Source: an uncultured Gammaproteobacteria bacterium (lineage in GTDB: Bacteria; Patescibacteriota; Patescibacteriia; 2-01-FULL-39-33). From it: DNA of 64,000 nucleotides. The translations under genes were made by a program, and so were the position numbers. Of the stretch, positions 21,354 to 30,274 are shown piece by piece. A model generated the notes under the pieces. It had not been told where the DNA came from. It saw only the letters and a program-made list of their open reading frames with translations, and ran no database searches. The DNA lies in NCBI GenBank assembly GCA_964558935.1, contig CAZLFP010000002.1, forward strand, positions 16,356-80,355. The letters are read 5' to 3'. Position 1 is the first letter of the stretch. Every line of letters begins with the position of its first letter.

Positions 21354-21809
21354 ATGAATACTAAAATTATGCAAAAAATTATCATTTTCTTAATGCTATT
21401 TACAGCCTTGTTTTCACTGGCTGCTACTGTAAACGCGCAACCCGCCATGATGACAGCTGGTCCAGGTGGTGGTATCGGAGGAGGAAACACTCCACCCTTG
21501 GGCGGTGGTAACACTCCCCCAGCAGTTTCAGGTGGCGGCTCTGCTGTTGAATTGAGCAATCCTTTGAATAATGAAGGCAGTCTTGAAAAAACGGTTAATA
21601 ATATCATCACTTCAGTTTTGGGAATTACCGGTGTACTGGCTTTACTGGCTTTTATTTACGGCGGTGTACTTTGGATGATTTCATATGGAGACACGGCCAA
21701 AATTCAAAAAGGCAGAACCACCATGATTTGGGCAGTGGCCGGTCTGCTCATAATCTTCAGTGCCTACGCCATTATTAATTTGGTCTTTGACGCTTTGGGA
21801 GTACAGTAA
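21354..21809 (+). CDS. CPR-type pilin (TrbC/VirB2-like)
   Basis: Signal peptide, LSNPL, IYGG..W...G...KIQKGR..MIWAVAGL pattern. Confidence 0.75.
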   Translation: MNTKIMQKIIIFLMLFTALFSLAATVNAQPAMMTAGPGGGIGGGNTPPLGGGNTPPAVSGGGSAVELSNPLNNEGSLEKTVNNIITSVLGITGVLALLAFIYGGVLWMISYGDTAKIQKGRTTMIWAVAGLLIIFSAYAIINLVFDALGVQ

Positions 21810-21913
21810 ATAGTCAATCATCTAACCACCCTGCTCAGGGTGGTTTTTTATTTACTTGACAAAAATATATAATGGGTATATATTCATAATATATTAAGTC
21901 ATAACATAAATAT

Positions 21914-22162
21914 ATGCCAAGATTAGACGGCAGTGGACCACAAGGTCTGGGAGCCGGGACTGGCTGGGGTATGGGCCCTTGCGGTGCTGGTCTGAGAAGA
22001 GGTCGTACAGGTTTGGGTAGAGTGTTTGGCTGGCCAAAGTCTGGCTATGGCCGCAGATACTTGAGCCGATCTGAAGAATTAAATGCTTTAAAGGAAGAGA
22101 AGGCTGATCTGCAAGCAGATCTAAAGGTTTTGGAAGAAGAAATTAAGACGTTGAGCAAGTAA
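21914..22162 (+). CDS. DUF5320-like protein
   Basis: MPRLDGSGPQGLGAGTGWGMGPC N-terminus and coiled-coil tail. Confidence 0.8.
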   Translation: MPRLDGSGPQGLGAGTGWGMGPCGAGLRRGRTGLGRVFGWPKSGYGRRYLSRSEELNALKEEKADLQADLKVLEEEIKTLSK

Positions 22163-22225
22163 AGATGATACAAAATAACTCCCGTAACTAAAGTTACGGG
22201 AGTTATGATATAATATACGATATAT

Positions 22226-22510
22226 ATGACCAGACCTAGATTATGTCGCCGAATCAAATTTAATCCGGCAATCAAATACTTTAAACCTCAGGGCGTACCT
22301 TTGCGTGAGCTAGAAGTGATCTATCTAACAGCTGAAGAAGTTGAAGCTTTGAGATTAAAGAACATTAAGAAACTAAGTCAGGTCGAGTCTGCTCGTCAGA
22401 TGAAAACTTCACAAAGTACCTTCCAAAGAATATTGTCTTCAGCTTACTCGAAAATATCATTGGCTATCATTCAAGGTAAGGCGATTCAAATCAGTTCAAC
22501 CACCAAATAG
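22226..22510 (+). CDS. DUF134 family HTH protein
   Basis: RPRLCRRI...YFKPQG...EEVEALRL...QSTFQRIL. Confidence 0.88.
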   Translation: MTRPRLCRRIKFNPAIKYFKPQGVPLRELEVIYLTAEEVEALRLKNIKKLSQVESARQMKTSQSTFQRILSSAYSKISLAIIQGKAIQISSTTK

Positions 22511-22988
22511 TGAAGTTTAAGACCGAGGCAAAACTGACCCAGGCCAGATAGGGAATCAGTAGATAAGCAGCCGGTTTAGATAGTCGGTAGAAAAGCAACA
22601 TAGTCCAAATAATGGCAATGATTAGTACCACGATTTCACATACAGCAGCTAAAGGATTTTGCAGGCCAAAGAACAGTACAGACCACAGAATATTTAACAT
22701 TAATTGAAAACCAAAAACAACGACCGCTGATCTGATCAGTGGTTTTTTAATACCTTGTCTGATAACTAAAAACAAGCTGATTCCCATTAGAATAAAGAGG
22801 GTGGTCCAAACAGGTGCAAACACCCAGTTAGGAGGATTAAAAACCGGTTTGTTTAGATCAGCATACCAATTGGGTATTTGAGGAGTTGTAAAAAAACTAC
22901 CGATAAAACCGGCGGCGTTTGTTAAGAGAATACAACCTATTAAGAGCGTACCTTGTTTAAGTGAGTTGTTAGATTGGATTTTTTCCAT
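22491..22988 (-). CDS. tspO: TspO/MBR tryptophan-rich sensory protein
   Basis: WYADLNKP..NPPNWVFAPVW, LLIPYLAWVSFA. Confidence 0.92.
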   Translation of the reverse strand: MEKIQSNNSLKQGTLLIGCILLTNAAGFIGSFFTTPQIPNWYADLNKPVFNPPNWVFAPVWTTLFILMGISLFLVIRQGIKKPLIRSAVVVFGFQLMLNILWSVLFFGLQNPLAAVCEIVVLIIAIIWTMLLFYRLSKPAAYLLIPYLAWVSFASVLNFTIWWLN

Positions 22989-23082
22989 ATTAGTATTATA
23001 CCATATAGATTTGACATCTGGGTATTCTCAGATTAAGATACAAACAGTAGTTTGTTCTTATCCAACCAGGAGGGTTTCTGTT

Positions 23083-23541
23083 ATGGCTCTAACCAACCAC
23101 ACTTGGTATGAATGGTCAATGCAGCAAAGAGTGGATCAGTCTTTGAAGTATTGCCGACCAACCCTAGTATCTTCTCATGTTGTGGGTGTTTTGTTTGATA
23201 TCCTCTTTTCCTTTGTCTCAACTCTGGAGAAGATGCTGGAGTTTGAAACGGGACAGATTTTGGTGTGCAAGGCCAGTATCTGGGATGACAGGATTGTGAT
23301 CGAAGTCTGTCGTGCTCTGGCCAGACAGGTGTGTGCAGATCCCAAACAGTCTGCCGGAGTTCTGTTTGAGCCAAAATTGGAGTATGTCAGCTTGAGCCGG
23401 TATTGCTCATGTTCAATCACCAATACCAGAATCGCCTACCATCATCATGGCTGTAATTTAACCAGCCAAGAATTGGGAGGACTGGAATCGCTGGCTAAGG
23501 TGATTGCTGATGTCTTACAGACAGATCTGCCCAACTCGTAG
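23083..23541 (+). CDS. Orphan hypothetical protein
   Basis: Start moved to ATG 23083 after AGGAGG; TTGACA promoter; terminator downstream. Confidence 0.6.
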   Translation: MALTNHTWYEWSMQQRVDQSLKYCRPTLVSSHVVGVLFDILFSFVSTLEKMLEFETGQILVCKASIWDDRIVIEVCRALARQVCADPKQSAGVLFEPKLEYVSLSRYCSCSITNTRIAYHHHGCNLTSQELGGLESLAKVIADVLQTDLPNS

Positions 23542-23630
23542 TCGACAATTAGCTCATCATAGCGATGAGCTTTTTTATTGCTGATTGGCTTGTCATCAGG
23601 TACAATAGATGTGTAAAGATAAACAACTAT

Positions 23631-25142
23631 ATGACAAACAAACCGATTGTTTTAATTATTTTGGATGGTTGGGGTTACTCTGAAGAAACACAGTATAACG
23701 CCATCTTTGAAGCAGAAACACCTTTTTTTGATCAACTCTGGCAAAAATATCCCCACACTCTGTTAGAGGCCAGTGGTCAAGCGGTTGGCTTGCCTGAAGG
23801 TCAGATGGGTAACAGTGAAGTTGGTCATACCACCATTGGCGCCGGCAAGATCATTGACACAGATTTGGTCAGAATCTCTAAAGCAGCTCAAGCGGGTGAA
23901 TTTGCCACCAATCCGGCCTTTGTGCAATTATTTGATCATGTTAAAGAACACAATTCCACCTTGCATATTCAAGGTTTAATCGGTCCCGGTGGTATTCATA
24001 GCCATAGTCAGCATCTGGAGTATTTCTTGAAAGCAGCCAAGTCTGCCGGCATCACAAAAATTGCCATCGATGCCTTTACCGATGGCAGAGACACGCCTCC
24101 GCAAAGTGCAGCTGATTACCTGAAAGAGTTGGAAGATATTCTAGACGATATTGGCATCGGCTTTATTGCCACCGCAACCGGTCGCTTTTATGCTATGGAC
24201 AGGGATAATAATTGGGAGCGCGTTAAAAAAGCCGAGTCAGCCATCTTTGACTGCGACGGCAGAGTCTGTCGCAACCAGAGGCCATCTCAGGTAGTGAAAG
24301 AACTGTACCAGACAGGGGTCATTGATGAATATTTGGAACCGATTGTTTTCTTGGATGACCATAATGATGCTTACCCCATTCGCCAGAATGATGGTGTCTT
24401 GTTTTTCAATTTTCGAGCTGATCGAGCCAAAATGATTTCCCAAACAATTTTAAATAAAGCTCAAAATCTGAATCTCCGTTTTGTCACCATGACTAAATAT
24501 GATGATAATTACAACTGTTTGGTCGCTTTTGAGCCGGTTGAAATTGAAACAACTCTGGCCAAGGAAATCTCGCAAGCCGGTTATAGTCAAGCTCATATTG
24601 CCGAAACAGAGAAATTTGCTCACGCCACTTATTTTCTAAATGGAGGTCAAACCCAACCTTATCCTCAAGAAAAACACATATTAATTGAGAGTCATAAAGA
24701 TGTGGAATCCCATGCCTTAAAGCCCCAAATGAGAGCTTCGGAAATTACTCAAGCAGCACTAACTGCCATTCAAGAAGGTACAGATTTTATTTTCATCAAC
24801 TATGCCAATCCAGACATGGTGGGTCATACGGCAGATATACCGGCGATCATCCAGGCTCTGGAAGAAGTAGATCGACAGCTCCAGCTGTTGATACCGGCCA
24901 TAGAACAGGCCGGCGGTTTGGCCATTATCACCGCTGATCATGGCAATGCTGAATTCAATCTAGACGTACAAACGGGTCAAAAGCATACTGCCCACACTGC
25001 TAACTTGGTACCGTGTCTGATCACGGATGCTCAGGTTACTTTGCAAACAGGTGGTTTAGCGGATGTTGCCCCCACTATTCTTAAATTGATGGGAATTGAA
25101 AAACCAGTCAGTATGACTGGACAATCGCTGTTAGACAATTGA
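23631..25142 (+). CDS. gpmI: 2,3-bisphosphoglycerate-independent phosphoglycerate mutase
   Basis: LIILDGWG, MGNSEVGH, DGRDT, DMVGHT, TADHGN. Confidence 0.97.
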   Translation: MTNKPIVLIILDGWGYSEETQYNAIFEAETPFFDQLWQKYPHTLLEASGQAVGLPEGQMGNSEVGHTTIGAGKIIDTDLVRISKAAQAGEFATNPAFVQLFDHVKEHNSTLHIQGLIGPGGIHSHSQHLEYFLKAAKSAGITKIAIDAFTDGRDTPPQSAADYLKELEDILDDIGIGFIATATGRFYAMDRDNNWERVKKAESAIFDCDGRVCRNQRPSQVVKELYQTGVIDEYLEPIVFLDDHNDAYPIRQNDGVLFFNFRADRAKMISQTILNKAQNLNLRFVTMTKYDDNYNCLVAFEPVEIETTLAKEISQAGYSQAHIAETEKFAHATYFLNGGQTQPYPQEKHILIESHKDVESHALKPQMRASEITQAALTAIQEGTDFIFINYANPDMVGHTADIPAIIQALEEVDRQLQLLIPAIEQAGGLAIITADHGNAEFNLDVQTGQKHTAHTANLVPCLITDAQVTLQTGGLADVAPTILKLMGIEKPVSMTGQSLLDN

Positions 25143-25203
25143 CTACATGTATAAATTCGGCTAAAATACAGCTGGTTGAAAATCAATCTGTCAGGAGGTT
25201 AAC

Positions 25204-25671
25204 ATGGTACGAGGTGTGATTTGGGATTTTATGCGCACGTTGTATGATCCTGAATCAGGATCATTGACGGCCGGAGCCAGGTCGGTCTTAGAGCATTGTA
25301 AACAGCATGATTTACCCATGTGTTTACTCAGCAGTCAAGGGTCAGGCAATCGAGAACAGCAGATTCAAGCTTGCGGTATCCAACACTTCTTTGTTGATAT
25401 TCAGATAATTGCAGGTCATAAGACGGCAGAGCATTTCATCTGGGCGTCTTACGCCATGGATGTTATACCCAGAGATATTCTATTGATCGGAGATCGGGTT
25501 AAGAAAGAGATTGTCTTGGGTAACCGATTTGATGCCACAACTGTATGGTACCGCAGGGGTAAATTCGCTCAGGAAGAACCCGGCAGTCAGATTGAAAAGC
25601 CAAATTATACGATTACGGATCTCAAGCAAGTTATTGAGATTCTGTTACAGCTTACGGCCTGTCCGAGTTAG
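25204..25671 (+). CDS. HAD-like hydrolase
   Basis: VIWDFMRTL motif I, IGDR motif IV; AGGAGG SD. Confidence 0.75.
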   Translation: MVRGVIWDFMRTLYDPESGSLTAGARSVLEHCKQHDLPMCLLSSQGSGNREQQIQACGIQHFFVDIQIIAGHKTAEHFIWASYAMDVIPRDILLIGDRVKKEIVLGNRFDATTVWYRRGKFAQEEPGSQIEKPNYTITDLKQVIEILLQLTACPS

Positions 25672-25683
25672 GACAGGTCTTTT

Positions 25684-26994
25684 TTATATCACTGAACCCA
25701 GCAAAGGAATGGCCAATCTTTTTCTGAGAGTTTCGCCTGGCAATAGATTAATAGAGCGTTGCGTTTTGGTGCCTCTGTCATTCTGATGAGTAGCTTTGGT
25801 CATAGCCTCAAAGCTAGAGCCCATAAACAAAGTGTGCTTACCATAACGCTTAGACAGCTTATCTAAACTACCAAAGACAGTTTCCATTTTTTCAGCTTTT
25901 AAGACTTGTCCAAATAAATCCAATTGGTAGTCTTTCTGATCGGTTAGTCCCAGTAAGACAGCACCAGTGGCTCTGTATTCAATTTTAGGATTGTAAACGA
26001 ATTTAAAATATTTATCTACCAAATCTATAATTTCAGTCGGAATAATGGTAGCCCTGGATAGTTTAACTTCTAATCCATAATATCTGAAATCCTGACTCTT
26101 TAGGTAAAAGAAAAATTTAGTGGCAGCTAGTCCATGGCGCCTGGCTTTAATACAGGCATTTTCAATATTCTTAGACAATTGAGAAAAAACCATTTGTCTG
26201 GCACTAGAGGGTGGAGTAAAAGTTTTAGTTTTACTAATTGACTGATATTTATGTTTAGGTTTTTTATCTAACTCATACACTACCTTACCTCTTAGCTCCT
26301 GCCAAATCTCATAATGAGGTTTAGTCATTTTAGCTTTAACCCAATCTTCAGATTTGGTAGCAAACTCTAAAGTAGTGTTAATACCAAACTGTTTTAAGTA
26401 AGCACTGGTTTGAGGTCCAATGCCCCACACTTTATCTATGGGTAGTTTAGCTAAGAATTTATGAATGTCTCTACCTGGAATAGGAGTGTAACCAGAAGGC
26501 TTTTTCCATTTAGAAGCAATCTTAGCTAAAGATTTAGTTGGGGCTAAGCCTAAAGAAAAAGTAATGCCCAGTTCTTCATCTAAAGTGTATTTAATTTTGG
26601 CTGCTATTTGTTGGTAAGACATGTTAAGCGGACGCCTTAATCCGGTGAGTTCCGCAAAGCATTCATCAATACTGTATTCTTCTACAGCTGAAGTAAAACG
26701 TCTGACAATATTATACATGCGCATGGAAAACAAACTGTATTTCTCATAATCTGAAGGTAAAAAAACAGCCTCCGGGCAGATTTTTTTAACTTCAAATAAT
26801 CTCATTGCTCTGGTAATGCCCCTGGCCTTAGCCTCATAGCTCATAGAAGAGACAATGCCTCTTTCCATGCCGGTTACCACTGGTTTGCCTCTCAGTTTGG
26901 GATTAGTTGCAATTTCACAAGAGGCAAAAAAACAATCTCCATCTATGTGGATTATAGCTCTGGGATAATTGAATAAGTTTAAGGGTTGGGTCAT
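25684..26994 (-). CDS. dinB: Y-family DNA polymerase (Pol IV/UmuC-like)
   Basis: HIDGDCFFAS, SYEAK, YSIDE, WGIG motifs. Confidence 0.9.
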   Translation of the reverse strand: MTQPLNLFNYPRAIIHIDGDCFFASCEIATNPKLRGKPVVTGMERGIVSSMSYEAKARGITRAMRLFEVKKICPEAVFLPSDYEKYSLFSMRMYNIVRRFTSAVEEYSIDECFAELTGLRRPLNMSYQQIAAKIKYTLDEELGITFSLGLAPTKSLAKIASKWKKPSGYTPIPGRDIHKFLAKLPIDKVWGIGPQTSAYLKQFGINTTLEFATKSEDWVKAKMTKPHYEIWQELRGKVVYELDKKPKHKYQSISKTKTFTPPSSARQMVFSQLSKNIENACIKARRHGLAATKFFFYLKSQDFRYYGLEVKLSRATIIPTEIIDLVDKYFKFVYNPKIEYRATGAVLLGLTDQKDYQLDLFGQVLKAEKMETVFGSLDKLSKRYGKHTLFMGSSFEAMTKATHQNDRGTKTQRSINLLPGETLRKRLAIPLLGSVI

Positions 26995-26998
26995 AAGT

Positions 26999-27565
26999 TT
27001 AATATTTTCTGATAACAGCTTTGACAATCGCAGTCACCTTTAATTCCGTATCCGGCATGATTGTCTTATATTTCTTATTAGCCGGAATTAAAAATATTTT
27101 GTTGTTTTCTTTTTTAAAATATTTCATGGTCCATTCACTATCTACTTCAGCAATGACAATATCTCCGTTCCTGGGTTCTAGCCCTCTCTCCACTAGGACT
27201 AGATCCCCAGGAACAATACCTGCCTCGATCATGGAATCGCCACTGACCTTTAGCATAAACGTGGCCTCTTGGTTATTAATTAAAAAATCATCTAAAGACA
27301 TGGTATCTGCTAATTCTTCTTCAGCGGCAGTAGGAAACCCAGCTTGAACAGTGCCTAAAATCTTAACACTCTCAGCTAAAGAATCAGGGATGAGCTTGCC
27401 ACTTTCATCTTTTCTCACAAATCCCTGGTCAACTAATTTATTAACTAGCTTAAAAACAGAATTCTTAGATTTAAAACTAAACAAGTCCATCATCTCCTGG
27501 TAACTAGGAAGGCGTCTGAACTTAGAATAGAATTTTCTAATTTTGTTTTTTTCTCTTTCGTTCAT
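26999..27565 (-). CDS. lexA: LexA family repressor (S24 peptidase)
   Basis: Winged HTH, AG cleavage site (VQAGFP), GDSM serine, TMKY lysine. Confidence 0.88.
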   Translation of the reverse strand: MNEREKNKIRKFYSKFRRLPSYQEMMDLFSFKSKNSVFKLVNKLVDQGFVRKDESGKLIPDSLAESVKILGTVQAGFPTAAEEELADTMSLDDFLINNQEATFMLKVSGDSMIEAGIVPGDLVLVERGLEPRNGDIVIAEVDSEWTMKYFKKENNKIFLIPANKKYKTIMPDTELKVTAIVKAVIRKY

Positions 27566-27577
27566 AATCTCAGTATA

Positions 27578-27593
27578 GTGAACGATTGTTCAC
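27578..27593. promoter_or_regulatory. Putative SOS box in lexA promoter spacer
   Basis: GTGAAC-gatt-GTTCAC between TTGACA (27600-27595) and TATACT (27577-27572). Confidence 0.8.
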
Positions 27594-27655
27594 CTGTCAA
27601 GTGGATAACTATCTTTGGTTTGTTTATCTTTAAAAATGTATTACAATATAGACAT

Positions 27656-28303
27656 ATGTGTGGAAGACTATCACTGGGAGTAACTAAAAAAGACTTGGAA
27701 AACTATTACAATTCCAAGCTGACTTTTAGTTTCAGACCGACTTACAATGCAGCTCCTTCTCAGACACTCCCTATTGTTAAAAACAATAATCCTAACAAGA
27801 TAGTACCTGCTACTTGGGGTTTTCTACCTGAGTGGATGCAAGATCAAAGACCAGCTGGATTCATAAATGCTAGGTCAGAAACTATCTTTGAAAAACCAGC
27901 TTTTAAAAAAGCTGCTAACTCACAAAGATGTTTAATACCAGCTGATGGTTTTTTTGAATGGAAGAAGATTGGAAACAGAAAACAACCATACTACATACAT
28001 TTAAAAGATAAAGGTATTTTTTCTTTGGCAGGACTCTGGGAATCTTTTAAAAAAGGATCTAAAGAAATATTAACTTTTACCATTCTGACAGTAGAACCTA
28101 ATTCTCTTATAAAAAAAATACATAACAGAATGCCTGTTATGTTAGACAAAAAACAAGAACAGATTTGGTTACAAGAAAATAACACATCTCAATTAAAAAA
28201 AATACTAGATCCCTTTAATTCTTTAAAGATGAAAGCTTATCCCATAAGTCTCTCAATAAACACTCCTGCTAACAATGACCCCAAGTATTTAGAACCAGTC
28301 TAA
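27656..28303 (+). CDS. SRAP/HMCES (YedK-like) abasic-site protein
   Basis: MCGR start with catalytic Cys2, YNAAP, INARSET, GFFEW, HNRMP. Confidence 0.93.
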   Translation: MCGRLSLGVTKKDLENYYNSKLTFSFRPTYNAAPSQTLPIVKNNNPNKIVPATWGFLPEWMQDQRPAGFINARSETIFEKPAFKKAANSQRCLIPADGFFEWKKIGNRKQPYYIHLKDKGIFSLAGLWESFKKGSKEILTFTILTVEPNSLIKKIHNRMPVMLDKKQEQIWLQENNTSQLKKILDPFNSLKMKAYPISLSINTPANNDPKYLEPV

Positions 28304-28354
28304 TATTGACTTATTCTAACTATTGTGTTACCATAAGATGGTAGTAAGAATCCT

Positions 28355-28429
28355 GGGGGCGTAGCTCAGTTTGGTTAGAGCGCCTGCCTGTCACGCAGGA
28401 GGTCGAGGGTTCAAGTCCCTTCGTCCCCG
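28355..28429 (+). tRNA. tRNA-Asp(GTC)
   Basis: Cloverleaf, anticodon GTC, G73; CCA not encoded. Confidence 0.96.
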
Positions 28430-28485
28430 CATTACAATGCAATATTAAACTCCCTGACAAGGGAGTTTTACTGTATAATAAAAAC

Positions 28486-28878
28486 ATGAAAAAGATAAAT
28501 AAAAAAATAAAAGACAGAACTGATAAGTGGATGTTGAGTAACGTGGTTAATGCTTGGGATAATCCCATTTTGTTTATATTTGTTATGGGCCTGAATCTAT
28601 TTTTTTGGTTTGATCAATTCGGTTCAAATTACTCAATTGTATTTTTATATTTCATTGGACTGATATCTTTATTATTAATACAATTAATAAAATTTAAAAT
28701 AATTCCATTAAATGAGTTGGCTCAAAGTAAAAGCAGGGTAAATGATATCATCTTGTATTTAATAATATTGCTTATGATTTATGGAGCAGTCTCGATTATC
28801 GTCTTGACTGTGATAGGTACAATGTTGGAACTAATGATTTTAATTGAATTGATAATGGATTTTAGAAGTATAGCTTAA
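28486..28878 (+). CDS. AT-rich hypothetical membrane protein
   Basis: Three hydrophobic helices; TATAAT 6 nt before ATG. Confidence 0.6.
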   Translation: MKKINKKIKDRTDKWMLSNVVNAWDNPILFIFVMGLNLFFWFDQFGSNYSIVFLYFIGLISLLLIQLIKFKIIPLNELAQSKSRVNDIILYLIILLMIYGAVSIIVLTVIGTMLELMILIELIMDFRSIA

Positions 28879-28939
28879 TCTCTTGTTGGTCATCAAAGAA
28901 AACACCCCCGAAGCCTATCTTAGACTTCGGGGGTAAAGG

Positions 28940-30025
28940 TTACTTTTTGCCCAGGCGCTTCCAAGGCAACGGGCGTTGACGCTCGATGTGTTCGAGACGC
29001 CCGTAAATATCGTTCAGCTCTTGCTGAACGGTTGCTCCAGCAGCAGTCATAGCCGCTTCAGTCACCGCATTGGCTTGATCATGGACAGCCTGTTGGGCTG
29101 CCTGAGCCGATGTTGCAGCCGACTCTGCCGCAGCAGTCGAGGCGGCCAGCGAAGAGAAAGCTGTTCTCAAAGCCTTATCTTCGAAGTCGTTATTCTTGTC
29201 ATTGCAGAGCAAGTCCACCTCGCTCTCTCCATAGACTCCAGCCACTGCGGCCTCTTCGATAACCCTCACTCTGCCCATAATCTTGTCCAGCTCAGTCCGG
29301 GAGCGGGACTTATGGGTGTTCAAATCCGTTTGTACGGATTTGATGGACCTGGCATTGGCCTGGATGTCGGTGTAGAGGTCTGAGTAAACCTTGTCGATAC
29401 TGTCCAGGCTTCTAATGCCTGCTTGTAAGACATAGGTTTGGACCTCGGTAAATTTTTCCGTGTTAGCCAGGTCATTGATTTCCAGGTCAGTGGCTTCCGG
29501 ATAGGCAGCCTTGGCAAGAATCTTCTTGTCTTGCTTCAACTCACCCTGGACATCTAGCAGGTTCGAGTCCAGAACCTGGATCTGGTCTGCCGCATCCGTG
29601 AGTGTGATGGGGCACTCTTCCTGTTCGAAGTTCCAGAATTCTTTGAACTTGCCGCTGATATTGGCGGCCAGTTCACCGGCATCCTGGGCTTCTCTCGTCG
29701 CCGCCCTGGCCGTCTGGTTCGCTCGGTAGGTGAACCAAGCGGACACGAGAAGTCCGGCGATCAGCATGCACATTAGGACCCAGGCCAGACCAAGACTCAC
29801 TCCCAGCCTGTTGATCCGCCAAGACTCATTCGGTTGCGGTTGGGTATCATCTACCGCGTCGGCCGTCTTGTTGAGCTCAGAGATGTCTTTCTCTGTCTGC
29901 TTAATGGCCGTTGACACGGCCATCATTTCTTCCTGCTCTTCATCTGTCGGCTTCTCGATTGACTCGAGAGCCGCCAACTGCCCTTTCAGGCGTTGTAGAT
30001 CTGCCTGCAGTTCATCCAGGTTCAT
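28940..30025 (-). CDS. Orphan coiled-coil protein with one TM helix
   Basis: 361 aa, Ala/Gln-rich heptads, GAGGAGG SD, own promoter and terminator. Confidence 0.75.
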   Translation of the reverse strand: MNLDELQADLQRLKGQLAALESIEKPTDEEQEEMMAVSTAIKQTEKDISELNKTADAVDDTQPQPNESWRINRLGVSLGLAWVLMCMLIAGLLVSAWFTYRANQTARAATREAQDAGELAANISGKFKEFWNFEQEECPITLTDAADQIQVLDSNLLDVQGELKQDKKILAKAAYPEATDLEINDLANTEKFTEVQTYVLQAGIRSLDSIDKVYSDLYTDIQANARSIKSVQTDLNTHKSRSRTELDKIMGRVRVIEEAAVAGVYGESEVDLLCNDKNNDFEDKALRTAFSSLAASTAAAESAATSAQAAQQAVHDQANAVTEAAMTAAGATVQQELNDIYGRLEHIERQRPLPWKRLGKK

Positions 30026-30274
30026 TCTTTCTTCCTCCTCATTTTTCCCGGCAAGACTATCTTGCCAGGATTTTGTGGTTGTCAGTGAACATCAGCAAAC
30101 ACCATGTTTACCGAATATATTAGTGTATCATAAATATTCAAAAATGTCAATGTTTTGAAACAAAATTTGTTTAAATTTAGATAAATTATCTTTAACTCGA
30201 GAAGATTAATATTCTTCCTCTCTCTTTTGATATAAATATGGTATAATATATGCAAGAAAATATCTTTAATTAAT

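Noticed and set aside
25684-30025. Prophage or integrative element at tRNA-Asp
   Set aside because: No integrase or phage genes and no duplicated tRNA 3' end seen
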